Below, piece after piece: positions 1 to 11,189 of a stretch of DNA of 55,168 nt. The DNA is from Pseudomonadota bacterium. GTDB taxonomy: Bacteria > Pseudomonadota > Gammaproteobacteria > Burkholderiales > Rhodocyclaceae. Each line of letters opens with the position of its first letter. Within the stretch, counting starts at the first letter, position 1. Position numbers and translations under genes: made by a program. The notes beneath the pieces are model-generated. The model ran no database searches. It had not been told where the DNA came from and saw only the letters and a list, made by a program, of their open reading frames with translations. The stretch spans positions 26,012 to 81,179 of the forward strand of contig JAKJEY010000001.1 in NCBI GenBank assembly GCA_022705165.1, written 5' to 3'.

Positions 1-238
1 TGATGTCGGCGACGGTGATCTGATCGTATGGCCGTGCCAGGCAATAGCCGCCACCCGGACCACGCACGCTGTCCACCAGTTGATGACGACGAAGCTTGCC
101 GAACAACTGCTCGAGATAGGAAAGCGAAATCTTCTGTCGTTCGCTGATGCCGGCCAGCGTCACCGGCCCTTCTCCGCCGCGCAGCGCGAGATCGATCATC
201 GCCGTCACCGCGAATCGTCCCTTGGTCGTCAGTCGCAT
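1..238 (-). CDS. iscR: Fe-S cluster assembly regulator IscR (Rrf2 family), 5' part; runs off the window edge
   Basis: Manual translation from ATG at 238: [18 protein letters not shown]...[15 protein letters not shown]...SVRGPGGGY, typical of IscR. Lies downstream of cysE-trmJ. Not in the supplied ORF track. Confidence 0.95.
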   Translation of the reverse strand, partial: MRLTTKGRFAVTAMIDLALRGGEGPVTLAGISERQKISLSYLEQLFGKLRRHQLVDSVRGPGGGYCLARPYDQITVADI

Positions 239-265
239 AACCCTGTTCTCCCGGCAAATGCCTTA

Positions 266-344
266 ATACCCGATCGGTTTTGTCAACTATACAAAAGCCA
301 GACAAAAACGGTCAACTATTTAGTCGACTATTTTGCTCAGATAT
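266..344. promoter_or_regulatory. Three 25-bp IscR type 1-like operators upstream of iscR
   Basis: ATACCCGATCGGTTTTGTCAACTAT (266-290), AAGCCAGACAAAAACGGTCAACTAT (295-319) and TTAGTCGACTATTTTGCTCAGATAT (320-344) resemble ATASYYGAC...GTCRRSTAT. Confidence 0.75.
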
Positions 345-1072
345 TTCGGATCGAACTTGTCGGCGGTCGCCAGCGCATCCTCGATGCTGACGCCGGAGGC
401 CTCCAGCTTCTTCAGGAGGGCCTCGATGCGACGGTCCGTCTCGACGGCATGGTCGAGCAGGCCATGAATGGCTTTTGCCAGCGGGTCGTCCTGGTTACCG
501 GCGATGGCGTAGGCCGAAAAGCCCATCTGCCCCGCTTTTTCCTCGCGCTTCTGGGCCAGTTCGGTATCGATGACGCGCGCCGGATTGCCGACGGCAGTGG
601 CACCCGCCGGCACGTCCTTGACCACGACGGCGTTGGAACCCACCTTGGCGCCGGCCCCGATGGTGATCGGGCCCAGCACCTTGGCCCCCGCCCCGATGAC
701 GACGCCGTCTTCCAGCGTCGGATGACGCTTGCCCTTGTTCCACGAGGTGCCGCCCAGCGTGACGCCGTGATAGAGCGTGACGTCGTCACCGATCACCGCC
801 GTCTCGCCGATCACCACGCCCATGCCGTGGTCGATGAAGAAACGCCGACCGATCGTTGCGCCCGGATGGATCTCGATGCCGGTCAAGGTCCGGGCCACGT
901 TCGAGGTAAAGCGCGCCAGCCAGCGTAGCCGGTGCCCCCAGAGCCAGTTCGCGAAACGATGCGCCATCGCCGCATGCACGCCCGGATAGCAGGTCAGCAC
1001 CTCCCAGGCCGAGCGGGCGGCGGGATCGCGGTCAAAAACGGATCGGATGTCTTCTCGCAGACGGGCGAACAT
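320..1072 (-). CDS. cysE: Serine O-acetyltransferase
   Basis: [34 protein letters not shown] and KRHPTL motifs; hexapeptide repeats. Confidence 0.97.
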   Translation of the reverse strand: MFARLREDIRSVFDRDPAARSAWEVLTCYPGVHAAMAHRFANWLWGHRLRWLARFTSNVARTLTGIEIHPGATIGRRFFIDHGMGVVIGETAVIGDDVTLYHGVTLGGTSWNKGKRHPTLEDGVVIGAGAKVLGPITIGAGAKVGSNAVVVKDVPAGATAVGNPARVIDTELAQKREEKAGQMGFSAYAIAGNQDDPLAKAIHGLLDHAVETDRRIEALLKKLEASGVSIEDALATADKFDPKYLSKIVD

Positions 1073-1104
1073 TGAACACTCCCTGAATATCCCCGGATTT
1101 TAAA

Positions 1105-1129
1105 ATACCCGAGTGTTTTGATCTACTAT
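1105..1129. promoter_or_regulatory. IscR type 1-like site upstream of cysE
   Basis: ATACCCGAGTGTTTTGATCTACTAT, similar to the site at 266-290; overlaps the trmJ stop codon. Confidence 0.6.
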
Positions 1130-1911
1130 TTTTCTTCCGGTTCCACGGCCTGCGACCGGTGCTTCGGCCCGGTCGGCTTCTCGATCGAATCGAGGATGCC
1201 ACGCAGGATATTGATTTCGTCCTTCTCCAGCCCGGCGCGCGCGAACAGGCGGCGCAACTTCGGCATCAGCCGGCGCGGACGCGCCGGATCATGGAAGCCG
1301 GTCTGTGCCAGCACCCGCTCGAGATGCACGTAGAAGCGCTCGATGTCATCGATCGCCGCCGGCACCGAAACGAAGGGGGTCGCCTGCGTTGCCGGCCCGG
1401 GTGGCAAGCCACCATAGGCGGCCATGCGCAGCTCGTAGGCCATCACCTGTACCGCCGCACCGAGATTCAGCGAGCTGTAGGCAGGGTTGCTCGGGATCGT
1501 CACTGCCTGTTGGCAGCACTGCAGTTCCTCATTCGAAAGGCCGCTGGTCTCGTTGCCGAAGACAAGGGCCACATCACCGACAGCGGTCTGCGCCAGCATG
1601 GGCCCGACGGCTTCGCGCACACCAACGGCGACCGGACCGAGGTCGCGCAGGCGCGCCGAAAGCGCTGCCGCGTGCACGCAACCTGCCAGAGCCTCCGCCA
1701 GCGAACCACACACTGCTGCCTCCGCCAGCACGTCATCGGCGCCCGCAGCCCGTGCCGTCGCCACCTCGTCGACCGCACAGAGAGGCTGCACCAGATACAA
1801 GCGGGACAGGCCCATGGTTTTCATCGCACGCGCCGCCGCCCCGATGTTTCCGGGATGGCTGGTGCGGCAGAGCACGATACGAACGCGATCGAGGATCACT
1901 TGCGGGGTCAT
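1126..1911 (-). CDS. trmJ: tRNA 2'-O-methyltransferase TrmJ (SPOUT)
   Basis: HPGNIGAAARAMKTMG, VFGNETSGLSNEEL and YSSLNLGAAVQ motifs; start moved to MTPQ at 1911; conserved suhB/trmJ/cysE/iscR order. Confidence 0.93.
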   Translation of the reverse strand: MTPQVILDRVRIVLCRTSHPGNIGAAARAMKTMGLSRLYLVQPLCAVDEVATARAAGADDVLAEAAVCGSLAEALAGCVHAAALSARLRDLGPVAVGVREAVGPMLAQTAVGDVALVFGNETSGLSNEELQCCQQAVTIPSNPAYSSLNLGAAVQVMAYELRMAAYGGLPPGPATQATPFVSVPAAIDDIERFYVHLERVLAQTGFHDPARPRRLMPKLRRLFARAGLEKDEINILRGILDSIEKPTGPKHRSQAVEPEEK

Positions 1912-1955
1912 GATAGAATGCGCGCTTCCCAAAATACTTCGGGCGGCGCAGCACG

Positions 1956-1967
1956 TGTTCTTTGACA
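1956..1967 (+). promoter_or_regulatory. boxA-like element in the suhB 5' UTR
   Basis: TGTTCTTTGACA vs boxA GYTCTTTAACA; lies downstream of an extended -10 TGaTAGAAT (1911-1919). Confidence 0.6.
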
Positions 1968-2006
1968 CCGTGGCCGTCACCGCCCGACAAGTTCTTTCAT
2001 ACCGCC

Positions 2007-2810
2007 ATGCATCCAGCACTCAACATCGCCATCAAGGCGGCGCGCCGCGCCGGCCAGCTCATCAACCGTGCGTCGCTCGACGTGGACCTGCTCAAGGTCA
2101 CCGCCAAACAGCAGAGCGATTTCGTCACTGAAGTCGACAAGATGGCGGAAGCCGCCATCATCGAGGTGCTGCGCGAGGCGTATCCGAATCATGGAATTCT
2201 AGCAGAAGAGTCGGGGGTCACTGCCGGCAAGCAGCCTGAATACCAGTGGATCATCGACCCGCTGGACGGCACCACCAATTTCATCCACGGTTTTCCGCAG
2301 TACGCGATTTCGATCGCCCTCGCCCATAACGGGCAGCTGGCCCAGGCGGTCGTCTTCGACCCCGAGCGCAACGAGCTGTTCACCGCCAGCAAGGGCCGCG
2401 GCGCCTTCCTCAACGAGCGCCGCATCCGCGTCAGCAAGCGCACCAAGCTGGAAGAAGCCCTGGTCGGCACCGGTTTTCCGTACCGGGTCTTCGACCACAT
2501 CGACACCTATCTCGCCATCTTCAAGGACCTGACCCAGAAGACGGCCGGCATGCGCCGTCCCGGTGCGGCCTCGCTCGACCTCTCCTGGGTGGCCTGCGGC
2601 CGCCTCGACGGCTTCTGGGAATTCGGCCTCTCGCCGTGGGACATGGCAGCTGGCGCCCTGATCATCACTGAAGCCGGCGGTCTCGTTTCGGACCTTGCCG
2701 GGGAAGCCGGCTACCTGGACTCCGGCAACCTCGTCGCCGGCAACCCGAAGGTCTTCGCGCAACTGCTGCAGGTCATCCAGTCGCACAGGACACCCGCACT
2801 GAGCTGCTAG
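2007..2810 (+). CDS. suhB: Inositol monophosphatase / Nus factor SuhB
   Basis: [16 protein letters not shown] start; [12 protein letters not shown] and WDMAAG motifs. Confidence 0.96.
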   Translation: MHPALNIAIKAARRAGQLINRASLDVDLLKVTAKQQSDFVTEVDKMAEAAIIEVLREAYPNHGILAEESGVTAGKQPEYQWIIDPLDGTTNFIHGFPQYAISIALAHNGQLAQAVVFDPERNELFTASKGRGAFLNERRIRVSKRTKLEEALVGTGFPYRVFDHIDTYLAIFKDLTQKTAGMRRPGAASLDLSWVACGRLDGFWEFGLSPWDMAAGALIITEAGGLVSDLAGEAGYLDSGNLVAGNPKVFAQLLQVIQSHRTPALSC

Positions 2811-3088
2811 GCGGCCGAGACGGCTTCCGTCGCTTTCGATGCTGCCCCGGCGCGCACCAGCGCCGGCTGCAGCAGCCAGTGCCAGAGACCGATCGTACTG
2901 GTGATCATGAACGCCCCCTGCTGCAGCGCCAGCGCATAATTCGCGGTCGCCAGCCCGTAGATCGTCCAGCTCGCGTTGGACATCAGCCACAACACCCAGG
3001 CCCAGCGCGCATGCGGCGATTTCACCGCCACGAGGACCGCCCCGAGGATGCCAAGCAGGCATCCCGACCATTCGAACAAACCCAACAC
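2807..3088 (-). CDS. Small 3-TM membrane protein, resembling half of a PnuC/SWEET-type transporter
   Basis: 93 aa with three hydrophobic segments; W..WL.SN..W..YG and IGLWHW patterns; GTG start. Confidence 0.65.
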   Translation of the reverse strand: MLGLFEWSGCLLGILGAVLVAVKSPHARWAWVLWLMSNASWTIYGLATANYALALQQGAFMITSTIGLWHWLLQPALVRAGAASKATEAVSAA

Positions 3089-3140
3089 CTTGCTTCACCC
3101 ACAAAAGACTGCGGCGGCACGATAGCCGGACGCGGCGCGC

Positions 3141-3182
3141 AGGATAGGGGTGCCGGCCGGTAATCACCTTGATCTGCAACAA
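3141..3182 (-). promoter_or_regulatory. FNR/ANR/DNR-type box with class II promoter geometry
   Basis: TTGATCTGCAACAA (3169-3182, one mismatch to TTGAT-N4-ATCAA) is centred at -41.5 relative to a minus-strand -10 TATCCT (3146-3141). Confidence 0.55.
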
Positions 3183-3212
3183 CTTTTGCGCCCACGGGAT
3201 TATCATCGAGCG

Positions 3213-4355
3213 ATGATTCGACGACCTCTCTCCCGCCTGCTCCCGCTCGTTCGAGGCGCTGCCCTCACCCTCGCTGCGGGCCTCGCGCTCACGCTGCCAC
3301 GGGCCGGCCAGGCGCAATCCCTCCCCATCGATCAGATCAAACTGCCGCCGGGCTTCACGATCGAACTGCTGGCCCGGGTGCCGAATGCGCGACAGATGGC
3401 ACTCTCGCCGGCCAACATCCTCTATGTCGGCTCGATGCGCGAAGGCAAGGTGCACGCCCTGCCGCTCGACGTCGATTTCAAGCCGGGCAAGCTGTACGTC
3501 GTCGCCGACCGCCTGAAGATGCCGGTCGGCGTCGCCTGGCGCGACAGCAGCCTGTACGTCTCCGCCGTCGATCGCATCCTCCGTCTCGACGACATCGACC
3601 GCCGGCTGGAGAACCCGCCGGCCCCCGCCATTGTTCGTGCCGACCTGCCCACGGAAACCCACCACGGCTGGAAATTCATCGCCTTCGGCCCGGACGGCTG
3701 GCTTTACGTGCCGGTCGGCGCACCGTGCAACATCTGTGAGCCCGACCCCGACCGCTACGCTGCCATCCTGCGCATGCGCCCGGATGGCAGCGAACTGCAG
3801 ACTTTCGCCCGCGGCGTGCGCAACAGCGTCGGCTTCGACTGGCACCCGGCCACCGGCGAACTCTGGTTCACCGACAACGGCCGCGACCTGATGGGCGACG
3901 ATGTGCCGCCCGATGAACTGAACCACGCCCCGAAGCCGGGGATGCATTTCGGCTACCCCTACTGCCACGGCGGCACGGTCGCCGACCCCGAATACGGCCA
4001 CAAGCGCTCCTGCAGCGACCTCGCCGCCCCGGCGCAGAACCTCGGTGCGCACGTCGCTTCCCTCGGCATGCGCTTTTACACCGGCCGCCAGTTCCCGGCG
4101 CAGTACCGCAACCGCATCTTCATCGCCGAACACGGCTCATGGAACCGCTCGCAGAAGACCGGCTACCGCGTCAGCATGGTCACGTTGGAAGGCAATCGTG
4201 CCCTCGCCTACGAGCCCTTCGCCAGCGGCTGGCTGCAGGGAGAAAGCGCCTGGGGACGGCCGGCCGACGTGCTGGTGTTGCCGGATGGCTCGCTGCTGGT
4301 TTCGGACGATCATGCCGGGGCCATCTATCGGATTCGCTACCAGCCGCCCCGCTAA
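3213..4355 (+). CDS. PQQ-dependent sugar/sorbosone dehydrogenase family beta-propeller, secreted
   Basis: Signal peptide; [24 protein letters not shown] and [17 protein letters not shown] motifs. Confidence 0.9.
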   Translation: MIRRPLSRLLPLVRGAALTLAAGLALTLPRAGQAQSLPIDQIKLPPGFTIELLARVPNARQMALSPANILYVGSMREGKVHALPLDVDFKPGKLYVVADRLKMPVGVAWRDSSLYVSAVDRILRLDDIDRRLENPPAPAIVRADLPTETHHGWKFIAFGPDGWLYVPVGAPCNICEPDPDRYAAILRMRPDGSELQTFARGVRNSVGFDWHPATGELWFTDNGRDLMGDDVPPDELNHAPKPGMHFGYPYCHGGTVADPEYGHKRSCSDLAAPAQNLGAHVASLGMRFYTGRQFPAQYRNRIFIAEHGSWNRSQKTGYRVSMVTLEGNRALAYEPFASGWLQGESAWGRPADVLVLPDGSLLVSDDHAGAIYRIRYQPPR

Positions 4356-4450
4356 GCTCACGGCCTAGCCCGGGAGCCGATTTTCGGCTATCGTCGGGGC
4401 CCCGCATCGGGCCCCGTACGGGGGCCTGCACACCAACAGAAGTACCATCG

Positions 4451-7033
<2,583 letters not shown>

Positions 7034-7034
7034 G

Positions 7035-7964
7035 ATGGGTGTGAAGCACCTCGCAGCCCTGTTCCTCGCCTGTGTCACCGTTGCCGCAGAAGCCGAGACC
7101 TGGCGCTTCGCGCTGATCGGCGACACGCCATACAGCGATTACGAGCGGCACGAATTGCCGCGAATGCTTTCCGCCATCGCCGATGAGAATGTTGATTTCA
7201 TCATCCACGCCGGCGACATCAAGCATAGCCAGGATGCCTGCAGCGATGCACTCTTCGAAGACCGGCGGGAAATTTTCGAGGCTTCCGCCCTGCCCCTCGT
7301 TTATGTCCCCGGCGACAACGAATGGACCGACTGCGCTCGCGTCAGTGCAGGCCATTACGACCCGCAGGAGCGTCTTGCCAGGCTTCGGGAGCGTTTCCAT
7401 GCCGGCGACGTTTCACTCGGGCGAACCCGCCTTCGGCTCGCCCGACAGGCCGGTGAGTACCGGGAACATCAGCGCTGGCAGCACGGCCCGGTGCTCTTCG
7501 TCACGCTCAATGTGCCGGGGCCGAACAACAACTGGCTGAAGACCGGCCTGCCCGGCCGCGAGGCGCTGGCAAGAACGCCCCGGGTACTCGAATGGCTGCG
7601 CGAGGGTTTCGCGCAGGCGCGCGCGACGGGCATGAAGGGCATCGTCATCACCATGCAGGCCAATCCCGGATTCAGGCACTACCGGGCCGGGCTCGGTCAT
7701 TCCGGCTTCCGCGAACTGCTCGACCAGCTGCGCGCCGAGACGCTCGCTTTCGACGGGCAGGTCCTGCTCGTACACGGCGACACGCACTGGCAGCGCATCG
7801 ACCAGCCGCTGCATGACCCGGATACCGGCAAGCGCATCAACCGCTTCACCCGCGCCGAAACTTTCGGCTACCCGCAGCTCGGCTGGGTCAAGGTCATCAT
7901 CGACGATGAAAGCCCTGCGCTGTTCCGCTTCGAAAGCCACCCCTGGGCACATCCACGCCCCTGA
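7035..7964 (+). CDS. Secreted calcineurin-like metallophosphoesterase
   Basis: Signal peptide; GDTPY, HAGD, PGDNEW and HGDTH metal-binding motifs. Confidence 0.85.
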   Translation: MGVKHLAALFLACVTVAAEAETWRFALIGDTPYSDYERHELPRMLSAIADENVDFIIHAGDIKHSQDACSDALFEDRREIFEASALPLVYVPGDNEWTDCARVSAGHYDPQERLARLRERFHAGDVSLGRTRLRLARQAGEYREHQRWQHGPVLFVTLNVPGPNNNWLKTGLPGREALARTPRVLEWLREGFAQARATGMKGIVITMQANPGFRHYRAGLGHSGFRELLDQLRAETLAFDGQVLLVHGDTHWQRIDQPLHDPDTGKRINRFTRAETFGYPQLGWVKVIIDDESPALFRFESHPWAHPRP

Positions 7965-8071
7965 AGACACTGTCAATTGCGGATTCCCCTTAGTGGAAGA
8001 CCGCAATGGCCGCGGGACATCACCCGTACTAGATTGCATCTCCCGCAAAAGCTTCAAGGAGGAGACAGGGG

Positions 8072-9202
8072 ATGACCATCAATTGCAGGGGAGCATTGTT
8101 CGCACTGCTCTCGTCTTTCGCCATTTCCGCAACCGCGGCCGACATCGTGATCGGACAGGTGGCACCGTTTTCAGGACCGCTGGCGCCGACCGGCAATCAC
8201 CTGCGTGCCGGCGCCCAGCTTTATTTCGATGCCGTCAATGCGAAAGGTGGCATCCATGGCAACAAGCTGCGCCTGATCAGCAAGGATGATGGCTACAAGG
8301 CGAGCGAGACGGTCCAGAAGGCCCGCGAATTGCTGGCTGAGTCACAGCCGATGGCGCTCTTCGGCTTCGTCGGCACCGGCAATGTTGAGGCTGTTCTCAA
8401 GGAGAAGATTCTGGAGGGTGCCACGACACCGCTCATTACCGTGCGTACCGGTGCGTCGACGGTCGTCAATAGCGGCAATCCCTGGATTTTCCTGACCCGC
8501 GCCAGCTACGCCCAGGAGATCGACAAGATCGTCCAGCAGTACGAGACGATCGGCTACAAGCGCTTCGCCGTCTTCTACCAGAATGATCCCTTCGGTCTCG
8601 ACGGCCTTGCCAGTGCAGAAGCGTCGATCAGGAAGGCGAACGGGCAGCTGCTCGTCAAGGCCGGCTACGAAAAGAACACGACCGAAGTCGCCGCTGCCGT
8701 GAAGGCGATTGCCGCCGCCGCGCCGCAGGCCGTGATCATGGTTTCCAACACGGCGGCCAGTTCGGAATTCCTAAAGCAGTCGCGCGCCGCCGGCAATCTC
8801 GCCCAGTTCGTCACCATCTCCGTCACCGATGGCCCGCAGGTGGCGCAGAAGATCGGCAACGAAGCCGCCAAGGGACTGGCGATCACGCAGGTCGTGCCCG
8901 ACCCCAACAACCGTTCGACACCGCTGATCCGGGAAGTACAGGAGGCCTTCGACAAGTTCAAGCCCAAGGATGTGACGCTGAACCACACCTTCATCGAAGG
9001 GTACGTCGGTGCCAAGATTCTCGGAGAGGGACTGCGCCGTGCCGGTGCGAACCCGAGCCGGCAGAAACTGCGCGACACGCTCGAACAACTGAAGGACTAC
9101 GACGTCGGCGGCCAGTATGTCGGCTTCTCGGCAGGCAACCACGTCGGCATGAGCTACGTCGACATCACGATCCTGAACAAGGAAGGCAAGCTGCTCCGCT
9201 GA
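8072..9202 (+). CDS. Periplasmic substrate-binding protein, LivJ/leucine-binding family
   Basis: Signal peptide; IGQVAPFSG and VNAKGGIHG..DDGY motifs; Shine-Dalgarno GGAGGAG upstream. Confidence 0.9.
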   Translation: MTINCRGALFALLSSFAISATAADIVIGQVAPFSGPLAPTGNHLRAGAQLYFDAVNAKGGIHGNKLRLISKDDGYKASETVQKARELLAESQPMALFGFVGTGNVEAVLKEKILEGATTPLITVRTGASTVVNSGNPWIFLTRASYAQEIDKIVQQYETIGYKRFAVFYQNDPFGLDGLASAEASIRKANGQLLVKAGYEKNTTEVAAAVKAIAAAAPQAVIMVSNTAASSEFLKQSRAAGNLAQFVTISVTDGPQVAQKIGNEAAKGLAITQVVPDPNNRSTPLIREVQEAFDKFKPKDVTLNHTFIEGYVGAKILGEGLRRAGANPSRQKLRDTLEQLKDYDVGGQYVGFSAGNHVGMSYVDITILNKEGKLLR

Positions 9203-9242
9203 AAAAGGAAGGGCCGCACCAGCGAACCGGTGCGGCCCTTCC
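9202..9242 (-). terminator. Intrinsic terminator between convergent genes
   Basis: 14-bp stem GGAAGGGCCGCACC/GGTGCGGCCCTTCC with a U-tract on the minus strand. Confidence 0.8.
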
Positions 9243-9262
9243 GGATACTATCGTGCGGACAA

Positions 9263-9763
9263 TCAGTGGCAGTGGCCTTCCTCGCCATCGCTGCTGTGCA
9301 CGTGACCATGCGCAAGTTCTTCCTCGCTCGCCGGTCGCACTGACGTGACCGTACAGGTGAAGATCAGCGACATGCCTGCCAGCGGGTGGTTGCCGTCGAG
9401 AATGACCTTGTCGTCGGCGATGTCGGTCACGCGGTAGATGATGAAATCGTCGTCATCACCACCTTCCGGGCCGCCCTCGAACTGCATCCCGACCTGGAGT
9501 TCCTTCGGGAACTGGTCGCGCGGTTCGATCTGGATCAGTTCCTCGTCGTAATCGCCGAAAGCCTCTTCGGGCTGCAGCTTGACCTTGACGGTCTCGCCCA
9601 CCTTCTTGTCCTGAACCGCTTCCTCGATCTTCGGGAAGATGTCGTCATGGCCGCCGTGCAGATAGACGAGCGGTTCCTTGCCGGCATCGACGAGTTCGCC
9701 GTCGGAATCGGTGACGTTGTAGTCGAGCGTGACGACCGTGTTCTTTGCGACCTGTGCAACCAT
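9263..9763 (-). CDS. slyD: FKBP-type peptidyl-prolyl isomerase SlyD
   Basis: YLHGG, DGNHPLAG and R.ASEEELAHGHVH with a His-rich tail; start overlaps the bcp stop (TGATG). Confidence 0.93.
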   Translation of the reverse strand: MVAQVAKNTVVTLDYNVTDSDGELVDAGKEPLVYLHGGHDDIFPKIEEAVQDKKVGETVKVKLQPEEAFGDYDEELIQIEPRDQFPKELQVGMQFEGGPEGGDDDDFIIYRVTDIADDKVILDGNHPLAGMSLIFTCTVTSVRPASEEELAHGHVHSSDGEEGHCH

Positions 9764-10230
9764 CAGTGAAGATCCTTTACCGTCCGCAACACTTCCATTG
9801 CGTGACCTTTGGCGTTGACGCCGTACAGCACGTGCCGGAGGACGCCGTGTTTATCGATGATGAAGGTCGAGCGGACGATGCCGGCGCGCTTGACGCCATC
9901 CACTTCCCTCACCTGCAGGACACCGTACTGCTTGCAGACCTCGCCCTCGGTGTCGGAGAGCAGGCGGACCGAAATCCCGTGCTTGTCGCGCCACTCGGCG
10001 TGGCGGATGCAATCGTCGCGGCTGATGCCGATGATGGTGCAGCCGCAGCGCTGGAACTCATCCTCGTGATCGGAGAAATCCGTCGCCTCCAGCGTGCACT
10101 GCGGTGCGTCGTCCTTCGGGTAGAAGAAGAGGATGAGATTCTGCTTGCCGACATATTGCGAGAGATCGACGTACTCCATGTCGGCATCCGGCAATACGAA
10201 GGTGGGTGCTGCCTGCCCTTCTTTCAGCAT
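9763..10230 (-). CDS. bcp: BCP/PrxQ-family peroxiredoxin (variant active site)
   Basis: FFYPKDDAPQCTLEA and RSTFIID motifs; Shine-Dalgarno GAGGAGG before ATG at 10230. Confidence 0.85.
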   Translation of the reverse strand: MLKEGQAAPTFVLPDADMEYVDLSQYVGKQNLILFFYPKDDAPQCTLEATDFSDHEDEFQRCGCTIIGISRDDCIRHAEWRDKHGISVRLLSDTEGEVCKQYGVLQVREVDGVKRAGIVRSTFIIDKHGVLRHVLYGVNAKGHAMEVLRTVKDLH

Positions 10231-10435
10231 GTCGCCTCCTCGAAGACGAAACTCGCGCCACCTGCAGCTTTTCATGCCGCATGTCGCGCGACGGGTTTGG
10301 CGGATTCTAAACACACTTTTCGCGCGTTGACTACAAGCATCGCAAGCGCACTTTTGTACGCGCCGCCGCTAGAATGCTGTCAGCAACAGTGCGGCCTCGC
10401 ACAAGCCCTTTGCATCCCGATACTTACAGGAGACG

Positions 10436-11110
10436 ATGATGAAAAAAACGATTCTTCCGCTGCTCCTGCTTGCGATGCTGGCCAGTCCCAGCGCGTCGGC
10501 GGCGACGATCGTCGAACTCGGTGCGGAAGCCAGTCGTGCCGCACCGAATGATCTCGCCCGGGCCACGCTCTTCGCGGAAGCAACCGGGGCTGCGCCGGCA
10601 GAAGCCGCGCGCAAGGTAAACGCAATGATGGCCGAGGCGCTGGCACTGGCGAAGACCACCACGCGGATCAAGGTACAGTCCGGCGCCACGCAGACCTATC
10701 CGGTGTACGCCAAGGGCGGCAGGATCGAATCGTGGCGCATGCGTTCCGACCTGGTGCTCGAGTCGGCAGACACGGCAGCGCTCTCGGAACTGGTCGGAAA
10801 GCTGCAGGGAAGCCTCGGCGTTGCCAGCATTGCCCTTGCACCGGCGCCCGAGACCCGTCGCAAAGCGGAGAGCGACGCCACGCTGGACGCCATCGCCGCA
10901 TTCCGGTCGCGCGCAAAACTCATAGCCGACGCGTTCGGCAAACCCTACCGCATCAAGCAGATGAACATCGGCCAGCAGGGTTACCGGCCACCGCTACCGA
11001 TGATGCGCGCCGCACCGGCGGCGACCATGGAGATGGCAGCGATGCCGATGGAGGCGGGCGAGTCGGCGGTCTCGGTCACGATCAGCGGGCAGATCGAAAT
11101 CGCGGACTGA
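10436..11110 (+). CDS. SIMPL (DUF541) domain periplasmic protein
   Basis: Signal peptide; AIAAFRSRAKLIA..G and C-terminal EAGES.VSVTISG patterns. Confidence 0.85.
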   Translation: MMKKTILPLLLLAMLASPSASAATIVELGAEASRAAPNDLARATLFAEATGAAPAEAARKVNAMMAEALALAKTTTRIKVQSGATQTYPVYAKGGRIESWRMRSDLVLESADTAALSELVGKLQGSLGVASIALAPAPETRRKAESDATLDAIAAFRSRAKLIADAFGKPYRIKQMNIGQQGYRPPLPMMRAAPAATMEMAAMPMEAGESAVSVTISGQIEIAD

Positions 11111-11189
11111 GCGCCCGGGACATCGGAGTATCCCGTCGCCTTGCCTTGAGGCCCGGATGCCGGGGAAAGCGACGTCCTCATCGCCGAGG

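Noticed and set aside
80-928. 282-aa plus-strand ORF
   Set aside because: Antisense shadow of iscR and cysE; no recognisable motifs.
2199-4133. 644-aa minus-strand ORF
   Set aside because: Shadow of suhB and the dehydrogenase; long antisense frames are expected with this codon bias.
4356-4450. Cluster of short GC-rich palindromes before mutS
   Set aside because: Stems are short and not repeated; expected by chance at this GC content; no spacer-repeat pattern.
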